Shown in pieces: positions 49,701 to 60,000 of a stretch of 64,000 nucleotides of DNA; the first letter of the stretch is position 1; every line of letters begins with the position of its first letter. The DNA lies in contig CAKPSH010000005.1 of the NCBI GenBank assembly GCA_934183325.1, forward strand, positions 7,749-71,748, in the 5' to 3' direction. The notes under the pieces were generated by a model. The model did not search any database. It had not been told where the DNA came from and saw nothing but the letters and a program-made list of their open reading frames with translations. Source of the DNA: an uncultured Clostridia bacterium. GTDB lineage: Bacteria; Bacillota; Clostridia; TANB77; CAG-508. A program made the translations under genes and the position numbers.

Positions 49701-51832
49701 GATGATGTTCCACCTTCTTCTGAGTTGTATCCTGAGTATGATTTTATTTTGCAATCATAAATATATTGTAATTTTCTATATATTTCTGTTGAATTTCCAT
49801 GTCTTAAAGCTACCTTGTTATATACATTGCTTATATAACTTCCATCATCCATATTTAAACTTGATTTATTCTTTATTGCATCTAATTCTGCATTATATAT
49901 TTCTTCTCTTATTGCTGTTAAATCATTTTCATGAAATACCTGATTATATAATTTTCCACCTTCTAATGTTAAATAAGAAGCTGTAAAAATCTTATTGCTT
50001 ACTGCATAATTATCTGGTGTAGAACCTATTGTAACAAATTTTTGATTTAATTCATTTCTATCGTTTGTAAGTTCTGAACCTTTTGAAGCTTTGTTCCATT
50101 TATCTGTATTATAGTCTGTTCTTACAGTGACTTGATTCTTAGTTGTTGTTGCTTCATATTCCATTCCATCATAAGTAAATACTACTATATACTTCTTTGT
50201 TGCATCTACTCCTTTGAATGAATAGTATCCTGTTTTATCTGTTATTGTTGGGTTTGTTGAAGGAACAGTTGTCTTTGTTCCTAATTCTGTAGTATAGAAA
50301 TCTCTTTCATATTTATGCTCTGTATCTGTATCTTTTTCGCTATTTAATTTTGCTAAAGATCTAGCTCCTGTCGTTTTATTTACTTCATATAGTGTAACTA
50401 AAACACCTGATATAGATTTTTCTCCAGCATCTTTAGAGCCATTTATATCTTGTGCCTTTCCGCTTGTTGCACTATCATTCCATACATATCCAGCAAGTTC
50501 CATTTCTTGTGGTTCAACTTTTATTGTTGGAATATCTGGAATATCTGGTGTTGTGCCATATTTCTTTACACCTAATTTTATTTTTTCAGTAGATGTCTCT
50601 ACTGATGCATCACCTTTTATTAAAGGTTGCATTGGATTTGGTGTAATAGTTGTTGGACCTGTTAAATTTACTTTTACTGTTGATGAATACCATTTCGCTG
50701 GTACATCTACTGGAATCCCGAAAAAACTTGCAGCAAGTGCTGCTGCTTTAGCAGCTATCCATGATGCTGAAATTCCAGATCTCTTTGTAATATTAGTTGC
50801 ATTCCATTTTTGTTTATGTACTTCATAATATTTTATCTCATCATCTATTTTCCATTTAGATATATATTCTACTTCAACATCTATATTAACTTGATCTATA
50901 AATAAATTATCTAAATAGTTGAATTCAATATAAAAAGTCTTACCTTTTTGTGCGTCAGAAGGAATATCATTCATATTATTATATGTAATTGTTCCTGTTG
51001 CATTTGTTAATCTTACATCTTTAATTTCTTTATTGTTCTTATCATAAAACTTATATGATTTTATCCAACTTAATGCATAATTTCCTTTTTTATATTCATT
51101 ATATTTTACTGTGAATGGGCCCATTCTATATTTTGTATTACTTATATTATTATAATCTATTTTTACATCTACTTTTGCATCATCTGAACTTCCTGTTAAA
51201 TCAACAGTTTCTTTATTCCATTTATCAATATAATAATTTCCAACATCATATAGATTGTTTCCATTAGCTGTTATTTCTGCTGTTGTTGAGCCAACTTCTC
51301 TCCATATAGCTTGTTGTTTTACATAATATGGCGTTAAGTTTTGTGTTAAATTCTTATAATAGTATGTAGTATTTGTACTATTATAATATTTTCCTAATCC
51401 TAAAATTCCATATATGTGATTCTTTTGTGTCTCTGTCAAAACATTTTTTTCTTCCATTGTCATAGTTTGAACAACATTTGGCTCTTTTAATGCTTCTAAT
51501 GCTGATTTTATGTATTGATATCTAGTATTCTTATCCTCGTTTGCTAAACTAGCACTAGAGAAGAAATCTCTAAGTCCTTCATTTGCTGCAATTCCAACTA
51601 ATGTAGAAAGATTTGTGTTATATTCTGCTCCCTTTTTACCACAATAATATTGTTTTCCTTTTACAGTAATTACATGTGTTACTTGATTGTATAAAGCCCA
51701 GTCATGTGATATATACTGATTACTTGTGTATAAACTTTGAACCGTTCTTGCTTGAACCGCCGTTGACATTATTAATCCTAATATCAACATCATAAAAAAT
51801 ATAATTGATATTTTTAATTTTTTATCTTTCAT
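46793..51832 (-). CDS. Giant surface protein 'A' (1679 aa): signal peptide, N-terminal unique region, two Cna-B/SdrD-B-type domains, DUF11-like repeat, C-terminal DPTGEDRSY + TM + basic tail
   Basis: SP MKDKKLKISIIFFMMLILGLIMSTAVQA. SdrD-B-like blocks (GYVWNDS...GYYSFKGV...YIVVF; GSVWET...GNYTFTG...YVVRF). DUF11-like LEITYKITVKNES. C-terminal INDPTGEDRSY-TMITIILITIIIIALGIVLI-KKFVLKNKI. About 50% similar to A'. Confidence 0.8.
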   Translation of the reverse strand: MKDKKLKISIIFFMMLILGLIMSTAVQARTVQSLYTSNQYISHDWALYNQVTHVITVKGKQYYCGKKGAEYNTNLSTLVGIAANEGLRDFFSSASLANEDKNTRYQYIKSALEALKEPNVVQTMTMEEKNVLTETQKNHIYGILGLGKYYNSTNTTYYYKNLTQNLTPYYVKQQAIWREVGSTTAEITANGNNLYDVGNYYIDKWNKETVDLTGSSDDAKVDVKIDYNNISNTKYRMGPFTVKYNEYKKGNYALSWIKSYKFYDKNNKEIKDVRLTNATGTITYNNMNDIPSDAQKGKTFYIEFNYLDNLFIDQVNIDVEVEYISKWKIDDEIKYYEVHKQKWNATNITKRSGISASWIAAKAAALAASFFGIPVDVPAKWYSSTVKVNLTGPTTITPNPMQPLIKGDASVETSTEKIKLGVKKYGTTPDIPDIPTIKVEPQEMELAGYVWNDSATSGKAQDINGSKDAGEKSISGVLVTLYEVNKTTGARSLAKLNSEKDTDTEHKYERDFYTTELGTKTTVPSTNPTITDKTGYYSFKGVDATKKYIVVFTYDGMEYEATTTKNQVTVRTDYNTDKWNKASKGSELTNDRNELNQKFVTIGSTPDNYAVSNKIFTASYLTLEGGKLYNQVFHENDLTAIREEIYNAELDAIKNKSSLNMDDGSYISNVYNKVALRHGNSTEIYRKLQYIYDCKIKSYSGYNSEEGGTSSVKQEYYPVYDKIILTTNTKDANGKRVAKKAVANAPKQTTGGYWYVYNGQLNINMGLIPRATTTLNVKEDLYKTVVSMNGKDEEYKYGTLSDKELEIAADDYLTKTLASLLSYNQVISPNDYNYNTDSARLRNGTATYEEDAAKIQVYATYKIVVKNVSNIPTTVNELVTYMDRMYLSYSDGYTTSAGKQIVGMSAFKNKITPILEATTSANSRYGRTSETKDYLAIAAGLATGHDYQDLYINLGNSGVMLETNDSISIYITYRMGENSSKDIKYNCSFGTWHGTDNSAQTIFKNTLGKDQNNKINIETITEVNGFSTYYRIDQDSTTKQTKFAGTNAYIYVYDGKQYRAAGVMDTYSIPGNLNAMQLLETTPSEKDWDKAPTLIFSNANDTRKLSGSVWETENFANYYYDNNAPTINDNSKKIKGLTVELVELKDVEENGQKLTKQMVRATTTTDDNGNYTFTGFMPGNYVVRFVYGDKTLNSENQKDTMNRGEYQYPYNGEFYQSAKANPNTNTGDNTRFWYVNETDTRYSDAYDEANRRIEINNKFANGYKYSDAVDTIKNPTEYMMYAYTSMMEFYPEKAKLDTFGEQDPSYSIDNIDFALTPRTKTKLNITKEVAKIKLILQNGTVQFEATPEEIRTQKVPGVVQVEKGTNINISMTNELINGATLEITYKITVKNESDYDAIRYYKNNNNDVIGIGLYKEDYKSSVFYEKNYTAYNNLLNKIEVKDRDNNSMRVYNCEEFENDENGNKISKIENSGTTNIKIYDRYDDVETTTSPAMVADFVPSNLTFSQVDYTGSTINDDWEIYHQETQDEFASNYYKQKAGYETKEPTAIKDMDSSEVYNVNTIVVATGNNPLMKNLKHGEESSSKITLSKVISTENDLTDTKTYKNSVRIIKINNTVSRIQDMNNDDAHIRAKHSSETITINDPTGEDRSYTMITIILITIIIIALGIVLIKKFVLKNKI

Positions 51833-51848
51833 TTTTATCCTCCTTTCC

Positions 51849-54800
51849 TTAAATATCTATTGCTTTCTTTTTTACAATATATACTACAACTGCCATAATT
51901 GTTATCATCATTATTACGGCACCTATATAATAAGTCACACCTGTTTTTACTGCTATGATTATTTCTGCCATTCCATAATCGTTTTCATCTTGTACTTTAT
52001 TTCCCGGTGTAGAATTTATATCACTTACACCTTCGTCATTATATGCTTCATATATTTCAGCTGTATTATTTGTAAGACCTGTATTTGTTTCTGACATATT
52101 TTTTGTTAACACTAATTTAACACTTGTACTTTCACCTGGATTTAATATTTTATCTTTTAAAGACGAATTATATAAGTTTCCATCTGTACCTAAATACCAG
52201 TCTGAATTCATTTCAGAGTTAAACTTTAAATCTGTTGTTGATAAATAATCTACAATTCTATTTGCATATCCTGCTATAGCTCCATTATTTGTCACAGTTA
52301 TTGTATATTCTACTGCAACAATTGTATCTTTCAAATCCTTAGATTTTATTTCGATTTTTTCTAGTTTTGAATTATTATATTCTTTACTATTTGTATTTGA
52401 AGCTGTTTTTGTTGTTATTTTTGTTATTGTTTTAGTTAAACTTAAATCAAATTTCTTACTTTCTGATAGTCCCATATTTATATCGTATAAATTAGATCCT
52501 AATTCAATTGTATTGGTTGCCGCACATTCAGTTTCAATTCCATCAATTTTTATTTTCATGTCTAATACTTTGCTCGCATTGTTTTCACTTGCATTGTATT
52601 TTGTAACATCATAGTTCATTTTATCGTATACAAATGCCACTACATATTTTCCCTTTGGTACACTTCTAAATATATATTCACCATTTTCGCCTGTATATGT
52701 TGATGATATTACATTTCCTGATTCATCTATTAGTATTACTCTTATTCCTTTTAAAAGTGTTTCACTATTATCTCTTATTCCATCTTGATTACTGTCAACC
52801 CATGCTAATCCAGATATTGTATAATTTTCAATTGGATTATTATTGTCATCAATGTCATATATTCTTTTATTAACTGTATGTTCAATCTTATCACTTGTAA
52901 TTGTTTTATTATCATAAGTCATTTCAAAATAATTACTTATCTTCATATCTGATTTGTCTTCATCAATATATCCTGCCACACCTCTAACTGTAATTTCTAC
53001 TTTTTGCTTTCCTGCTAAAGTTATTGAAATTTCTTTTTCTGTTGTTGTTATTTCATCTTGTCCATCAATTTTATACGCAAATTCCTTTAAAATAATTCCA
53101 TCAGACATCACATCTTTAATATTAATGTTATATGCATTTACATTACTTGTATTTTCTATTGTATAAGTATATTCAATTTCGTCTTCCTCATATAGGCTTC
53201 CTACTTTATTATTTGATGTATGCATTGTTTTCAATTCTGCTTTTCCCATAAATATTTCTATCTCATTACTTTCAATATTTTCATTAATGTTGTCAGCTGT
53301 TGCTGTCATTTTTACTTTTACATCATTAATATTTGTAGTTAAATTATCAATTTTACAGCTTAATGAAATATTTTTATTTTCCGTTAACTTATCTATTTTC
53401 CACGTAATTTTATTTTTCTTTCTGCTCATTGTAATTCCATCATCATAGCTACTATCTTCAAAAGTAATTCCTTTTGGTATATCACAATTTACAACAACAT
53501 TATTGTAATCACTACCATTTTTCTTTTCTATATTTAAATAATATGTAATAGTATTTCCACTCTCAATTGTAATTATTTTTTCATTTGATGTCAGTGTTAA
53601 TTCAAAATTTCCTTGAATTCTTGTATTCTTTATTGTGTTTGATGAATATGTTTCATCTTTTTCATCAACTTTTGCTATTACTTCTACACTAACTTCAAAT
53701 TCACTTGCTGTTAATTTTTCATATTGTTTTCTTAATTCTTCTTTTGTTGCTTCATCAATTTTTTCCTCTTCTTGTTCTTCTTGAAGTATCTTATTAAACA
53801 TTTCTATTGCTTTTTTATATTCTTCATCAGATTTATAATCTTCTCTTTTTATATAATCTTCAGCTTTTATTTCTTCATCATTACTATTTCCACTAATAAA
53901 TTCTTCAAAAGTATAATTTGGAATAGATGCTACTTTTAAATAAAATGTTTTGTCAATAGTTTGATTTGGTTTTACTTCTTCAATTTCCTCTTCATAAGTC
54001 TTCATTTCTGAGTTAGTTTCATATCCATAGCTTTCTATGTCAGAATAATATACTTCTTCTGCATAATAAGCTATATCTGGTATTTTGATAGATAATTTTG
54101 CATTATTTATTGTTTTATCACTTGTATTAGTTATATGAACAGTATATTTAATTATCTTTCCTTCTTTAACTTGTTCACCGTTTTTTACACTTGATTCTAA
54201 AGTTAATTTTAATTCGTCATTTGCACTTGTAGAAGCTCCAACTTTAGTTGATGTACTTGTTTCTTGTTGTCCCTTTGTTACGCCATCCATGTTTGTATAA
54301 AATACCTTAAACATACTATATGTGCTTTCTTCTTTTTCTAGTCCTTCTGGTATTTCTACTTTATATTCGAATTTCATTACATCTCCTGTTGACATTGTTC
54401 CTTCTACTATTATTAAATATGATTTTACTGCTCCTAAGTCCTCTACTTCTTTCTTCCAGCCATTTGACTCTTTTGTTATATCTTCTGTTGCTTCTGAATT
54501 TGTACTATAATATACTGTTATCTTGCTTTCATCTATTCCTGATACTGCTTTTATTCCTTCTACCATCTTTGCTGTAAATGTACTTCCTAGCACTTTTCCC
54601 GTTGTCATATCTTTATTTCCTTCAGCAGGTGTTCTTCCTAGTATCTTTATATCTCCACATGTATAATTGTAATTATTCATTATTGTTATTGTCTCTGTTG
54701 CTATTTTTGATTTTGTATTCTTATCTAATCTTCCTGTCTCTGTTTCCCCACTTATTGATGTTGTTTTATCTTCGTTTTCATTGTAATTTGACATTCCATT

Positions 54801-56843
54801 TAATGTTATCATTCCTGTTGGTGCTATATATCTTATTTTTCCTTCTACTTCTGCTACTTCTTGTCCTTCATTTATTGCTGTTACTTTTACATTCTCTATT
54901 GTACTTGGTGTTGCTTCTTTTGTCTTTATATTAAGATTTGCTACTAATGTTAATCCTTCTACTGACTCATTTGTATTGAATTTTGTTTGTTCTCCTTCCA
55001 TCTCTAATCTTAATACTTTATTTCCTTCTGCACTTGTTTTTATTTCTGCTTTTGATGGCTTTATTTCATCATCATAGAATAATGTTACACTGTTTACTTT
55101 TACTTTCTCTATATATGATGGTAATTCTATTTCTACTATTGGATTTTTATATAATCTTTCTGTTTCATCATTGCTTTTTAATATTGCTTTTATTTCTACA
55201 TTTTCATTTTCTATTACCGTTGATATTGTCTTTGGATTTATTTCCGTTCCTATTTTATATGTTGGATTTTCTAATTTAATCTCTTTTTTTATTTCTTCTT
55301 TAGTTTTTTCTGTTTCTATTTTTATTCCTGTTTGGATTTTCTTTAATCCTTCTATTGTTTCTATACTATACTCTCTTGATTTTATACTTTTTGTTACTTC
55401 TATATTTAGTATTCCTTCTGCTTTTACTTTACTTGTTTCTATTTCTATATTGGTTAGGTCTTCTGTAATTTCATATTTTGTATTATCTTTATTTATTTCT
55501 CCTAGTTTTGTATCTCCTTTCATTATGCTTATTATTCCTTCTTCTCCTAATACTTTTTCTAGGTTCTCTTTACTTATCTCTATTTTCTTATAATATATTT
55601 TTGCTTCATGTTTCTTTCCATTCTCGTCTTCATAGTTTTCTTCTGTTTTGCTTATTTTTATATTATTTACTACTGAGCTATATCCTACATTTAATTTTAT
55701 CTCTTCTTTATATTCTGTATCTTTTGCTCCTTCTACTAGCATATATCCTTTACTTATTACTTCTTTGCTTTCTACTTCTGTTAGTATCACTTTTCCACTA
55801 TCTTCTGGTAGCTTTTCTGTGTTTTTGTAACTTCCTTCTAATACTTTTTCTTCATTATTATATAAACTTAATTTTGATGTTATTTCTTCTTCTATTTCTT
55901 CTACTTCTTCTTGTTTATATACTAAGTTTATTATATATTTATCTGTTACATTTTTCTTCCACTCTATATTGTTATTCTCATCTGCTGTATTTTCTACTTT
56001 TATTTTTATTATTCCATTCTCTATTGTGTAATTCTCTTTTCCAAAACTTTCTCCTGTCTTTCCATTTGTTCCTTCTGTTGTCTTTGCTATTACACTTGTA
56101 TATTCTGGTGTCTTTCCTCCTAATATTGGTACTTTTACTTCTATATTGCTTTCTCTTATTGGTAGTTTATTTTCTTCTACTTTTGATTCTACCTCTATTT
56201 GTACTAGCCTCTTCTTTTCTCCGTCTTTCTCAAATATTCCATTATTTATTACTTTGCTTGACAAATATGCATTTGCTTCTTCTGTTAATGCTAAATTTAC
56301 TACTATGTCTTTGTTTACTTCTATCTCTTTTGCATTATCATTTACAAATGTTCCTTTTATTTTTATATTTGTATCTTTTGCAAAGTTTCCTAAATTGTAA
56401 CTTTCATTTTCTACAAATTTTATCGGTATCTCTATCTCTTTGTCTGCGCCTTTATTTATTTGATTCAATACTATTGTATTACTTTTTTCATTTATTTCTT
56501 CTACTGCATCATCTAGCTTATCACTATCACATACTTTGAAGTTTGAATCTTCTATATTTATTGTTGCATTTTTTAAATATCCTTTGTCTACTTTTACTTT
56601 TAAATATAGTTTTAATTCTTCATTTTCTGATGTTGATACATATGTATGTGTTCCTTTGTCTCCTTCTTTAAAATATGCATCAAAAATTACATCTGTCTTT
56701 TTTACAGATGTTTCTTGTTCTTCATAATTTATACTTGTTGCATAGCTTTTTCCTATATAATCTGCTATTACAACAAAATATGAATTAATTATTGCAAATA
56801 CAAGCATTATTGCTAATATTTTATTTAATTTTTTTCTATTCAT
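51849..56843 (-). CDS. Giant surface protein 'B' (1664 aa): signal/anchor N-terminus, at least four DUF11 repeats, one SdrD-B-type domain, C-terminal (A)VKTG + TM + basic tail
   Basis: DUF11 signatures (KYTVHITNTSD, YYLNIEKKNG, EYTYTIENTSN, EYTITVTNNG); SdrD-B (GLAWVDSNQDG...GEYIFRSVPKGKYVVAF); C-terminal AEIIIAVKTGVTYYIGAVIMMITIMAVVVYIVKKK. Confidence 0.8.
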   Translation of the reverse strand: MNRKKLNKILAIMLVFAIINSYFVVIADYIGKSYATSINYEEQETSVKKTDVIFDAYFKEGDKGTHTYVSTSENEELKLYLKVKVDKGYLKNATINIEDSNFKVCDSDKLDDAVEEINEKSNTIVLNQINKGADKEIEIPIKFVENESYNLGNFAKDTNIKIKGTFVNDNAKEIEVNKDIVVNLALTEEANAYLSSKVINNGIFEKDGEKKRLVQIEVESKVEENKLPIRESNIEVKVPILGGKTPEYTSVIAKTTEGTNGKTGESFGKENYTIENGIIKIKVENTADENNNIEWKKNVTDKYIINLVYKQEEVEEIEEEITSKLSLYNNEEKVLEGSYKNTEKLPEDSGKVILTEVESKEVISKGYMLVEGAKDTEYKEEIKLNVGYSSVVNNIKISKTEENYEDENGKKHEAKIYYKKIEISKENLEKVLGEEGIISIMKGDTKLGEINKDNTKYEITEDLTNIEIETSKVKAEGILNIEVTKSIKSREYSIETIEGLKKIQTGIKIETEKTKEEIKKEIKLENPTYKIGTEINPKTISTVIENENVEIKAILKSNDETERLYKNPIVEIELPSYIEKVKVNSVTLFYDDEIKPSKAEIKTSAEGNKVLRLEMEGEQTKFNTNESVEGLTLVANLNIKTKEATPSTIENVKVTAINEGQEVAEVEGKIRYIAPTGMITLNGMSNYNENEDKTTSISGETETGRLDKNTKSKIATETITIMNNYNYTCGDIKILGRTPAEGNKDMTTGKVLGSTFTAKMVEGIKAVSGIDESKITVYYSTNSEATEDITKESNGWKKEVEDLGAVKSYLIIVEGTMSTGDVMKFEYKVEIPEGLEKEESTYSMFKVFYTNMDGVTKGQQETSTSTKVGASTSANDELKLTLESSVKNGEQVKEGKIIKYTVHITNTSDKTINNAKLSIKIPDIAYYAEEVYYSDIESYGYETNSEMKTYEEEIEEVKPNQTIDKTFYLKVASIPNYTFEEFISGNSNDEEIKAEDYIKREDYKSDEEYKKAIEMFNKILQEEQEEEKIDEATKEELRKQYEKLTASEFEVSVEVIAKVDEKDETYSSNTIKNTRIQGNFELTLTSNEKIITIESGNTITYYLNIEKKNGSDYNNVVVNCDIPKGITFEDSSYDDGITMSRKKNKITWKIDKLTENKNISLSCKIDNLTTNINDVKVKMTATADNINENIESNEIEIFMGKAELKTMHTSNNKVGSLYEEDEIEYTYTIENTSNVNAYNINIKDVMSDGIILKEFAYKIDGQDEITTTEKEISITLAGKQKVEITVRGVAGYIDEDKSDMKISNYFEMTYDNKTITSDKIEHTVNKRIYDIDDNNNPIENYTISGLAWVDSNQDGIRDNSETLLKGIRVILIDESGNVISSTYTGENGEYIFRSVPKGKYVVAFVYDKMNYDVTKYNASENNASKVLDMKIKIDGIETECAATNTIELGSNLYDINMGLSESKKFDLSLTKTITKITTKTASNTNSKEYNNSKLEKIEIKSKDLKDTIVAVEYTITVTNNGAIAGYANRIVDYLSTTDLKFNSEMNSDWYLGTDGNLYNSSLKDKILNPGESTSVKLVLTKNMSETNTGLTNNTAEIYEAYNDEGVSDINSTPGNKVQDENDYGMAEIIIAVKTGVTYYIGAVIMMITIMAVVVYIVKKKAIDI

Positions 56844-57029
56844 ATTAGCCTAACCTCCCATTTTTAATTTTATCCTTATTTTATATTATACTAGCTTTTT
56901 AGCCCTTTTTCAAGTTTTTTCCAATTTTTTTAAACTTTTTATGTATAATTATGATATTATTTTCTTTTATAATTGTCTTTTATAAAAATTTTTACTTGCA
57001 TATACTAAATTCTTATAAAAAATAATTAC

Positions 57030-57058
57030 TTTGGGCACATAATTTATGTGCCCAAATA
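57030..57058 (-). terminator. Terminator of gene A' (separates the B'-A' and B-A transcription units)
   Basis: Perfect 11-bp hairpin TTTGGGCACAT-AATTT-ATGTGCCCAAA followed by GUAAUUAUUUUUU on the minus strand. Confidence 0.6.
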
Positions 57059-57060
57059 CT

Positions 57061-60000
57061 TTATTTAAGTATAAATTTCTTAATTAGAACTATTCCAACT
57101 GCCAATATTGATATTGATACTAATGTTATTGTTATTGCTAAATAGCTTCTATTTTCACCTGTTGGATCTGTAATAACAACTGGGCTTGTTGTATCTTTTA
57201 ATCTTATTGTACTATCATTACTATTCATGTCTTGAATTCTACTAACTGTATTATTTACTTGTACTATTCTAATTGAATTTGTATAAGATTTTGTATCTGA
57301 TAAATCGTTCTCTGTTGATATTATCTTTGATAGTGTAATATATGCAGTTGATTCCTCTCCATCTTGTAATTTTTTTGTAATTAATGGGTTATCATTTGTT
57401 GCAATTACAATAGTGTTAACATTATAAACTTCTGTTGTATCAATATTTCCTATGATTGTAGGCTCTATTGATTGTTGGTCTGCCTTTTGTACATAGTAAC
57501 TGCTAATAAATGATTCTGCCGTACCTTCATATACTTCCCATCCATTATTTATTACTCTTCCTGTTGCATCTGTATGTGCAAAGTTTAAATTGCTTGATAC
57601 TAAATCTGCAATCATTGTAGGTGTAGTTGTTGTGACCACCACTTCTCTGCTCTTATATTCTTCTAATCCTGTTGCCCCTGCTTCAATAACACTTACTTTG
57701 TTTTTTGTATCTGTATTAGTTATAAAATCTTCCTCTGCTTTTGTATATGTTCTTATTTTATTTCTTGTTTTATTAATTATAGTGTTTGCTACTGGTAACA
57801 TTTCAGTATAGTTTTTCTCAAATGCAACTAATTTATCATAGCTTTCCTCATATAATCCTAATGCAATATTTTTTCCTGCTGAATTCTTATAATATGTTAC
57901 AGAATTATATTCACTATCATTTTTTACAGTTATTTGATACGTTATCTCTATTGTTGCACCATTTAATAATTCATTTGATAAAGAAATATTTATTGTATTT
58001 CCTCTTCCTGCCTGAACTACACCTGGTACACCTTGCTCTCTAATTGTTTGTGGTGTTGCATCAAATTTAACTGTTCCATTTTGTAAAACAAGTCTAATAC
58101 TTGATACTTCTTTTGTTATATTTAAGTGTGTCTTTGTTCGTGGTGTTAATGCAAAGTCTATATTTTCTACTGAGTATGATGGGTCTTGTGCAACTGTATC
58201 ATATTTAGCATATTCTGGATAGAACTCCATCAGTGCGGTATATGCATACATCGTATAATCTCTTGGATTCTTTATTGCATCAACAGCATCTGAATATACA
58301 TATCCATTTTTTGCTGAGTTACTAAATTTCGTATTTACTTCTTCTCTTATATTAGCTTCATCATATGCATCTGAATATCTTGTATTTTTATTATCTTCAT
58401 ACCAGAATCTTGTATTTCCTAATACTCCTCCATTATTTGTGTTTGGATTTGCTTTAGCAGATTGATAAAATTCTCCACTGTAAGGATAATTATATGTTCC
58501 ATAATTCATCGTATCAGATTGATTTTTACTATATAATATTTTATCTCCATATATGAATCTTACTACATAATTTCCCGGTACATATCCTGTAAATGTGTAA
58601 TTTCCTTGTTCATTTGTAGTTGTAGTTGCTCTTACAACTTGTGTATTATCTTTCTTGATTTCTATTAATTCTACTGTAATGTCTTTTATTTTATGATTTT
58701 GATCTACGCTGTTATCTAAGATTGGATATTTGTTTACATCTTTTAAATATTCAATCGCAAATTCTGTTGTTTCCCATACTGTACCGCTCAAGGTTCTATT
58801 TCTATCGGAATTTCCAAATATTAATGTTGGTGCCTTATCCCAATCTTTTTCTTTTGGTACAACTTGTAATAAATCTTCTAGTTTCAAGTTTCCAGGTACT
58901 GAATATGTATCCATAACACCTGCTGCTCTGTATTGTACATCATTTCCATTCTTATCTTTATAAGTATATTTATATGCTCCAACTGTAAGCATTTTTGCTC
59001 TTTTTGCAATTTCTGATTCACTTAATCCTTGTATTCCTAATAATTTGTAATATGTACTAAATCCATTAATCTCTGTAACTGTTTCAATATTTATCTTTTG
59101 TCCTTTTCCAAGTGTTTGTTTTAAAATATTCTGTGCTGAATTATCTAATCCAAATATACAACTATATTTAATAGGATCCTTTGTTGAAATTTCTCCCATT
59201 CTATATGTTACATATACTGTCATTGTCTCTCCTGTTTCCAACATAATACCTTTTTCGCCTAGATTTATATATAAATCTGCGTATGTACCTAATCCTGTTT
59301 CGGATTTTTTACCATATCTACTATTACTTGTTGTTTTTATATCAGTAATAGCATTATCTCCTTTCTTACCACTAATTCCTGCTAATGTTTGATTTTGCGT
59401 TGTTACATATATATCACTATATGATAAATATGTTCTATTAAAATATGTAACTAATTCATTTACAGATGTTGATATTAATGATAGATTCTTTACCATTATT
59501 TTGTATTTTGCATATATTTGAATTTTTGCATAATTTTCTTCATATGTTGCAGTTCCATTTCTTAATTTTTCTTGACTTGTACTATAATTATAATCTTCTG
59601 GTGTTATTGTTTGATTATATCCTCCACTTACTAATGCTGAAGATAAAGATTTAACAAAATAATCTGAAGCAGATAATTCTAACTCTTTATCTGAAAGTGT
59701 TCCATATTTATATGTTTCATCTTTTCCATTTATTGAAACTACAGTTTCAACTAAATCTTCTCTTAAGTTTAATGTTGTTGTTGCTCTTGGTATTAATCCC
59801 ATACCAATATTTAATTGCCCTACATATATATACCAATATCCTGTTGAGCTTTCACATTTTGGACTATTTGCTGTTATTTGATTATCTATTAAAAATCCTA
59901 ACTTAGGTGAAACAAAGTTATTGGTTAATTTGATTTTATCATATACTGGATAATATTCTTTTTCTCCTGTCTTTATATAATTAGGTAAAAGGCTTGAACC

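Noticed and set aside
55478-56539. 353-aa plus-strand ORF (MYYLYLFLLVL...), together with many other Leu/Phe/Ile-rich plus-strand ORFs inside the giant minus-strand genes (47242-47610, 49114-49473, 49651-49986, 54320-55593, 57786-58043, 59697-59906, etc.)
   Set aside because: Low-complexity poly-Leu/Phe translations are typical antisense 'shadow' frames of AT-rich, Lys/Glu/Asn-rich coding sequence. They have no RBS and lie entirely inside well-supported genes.
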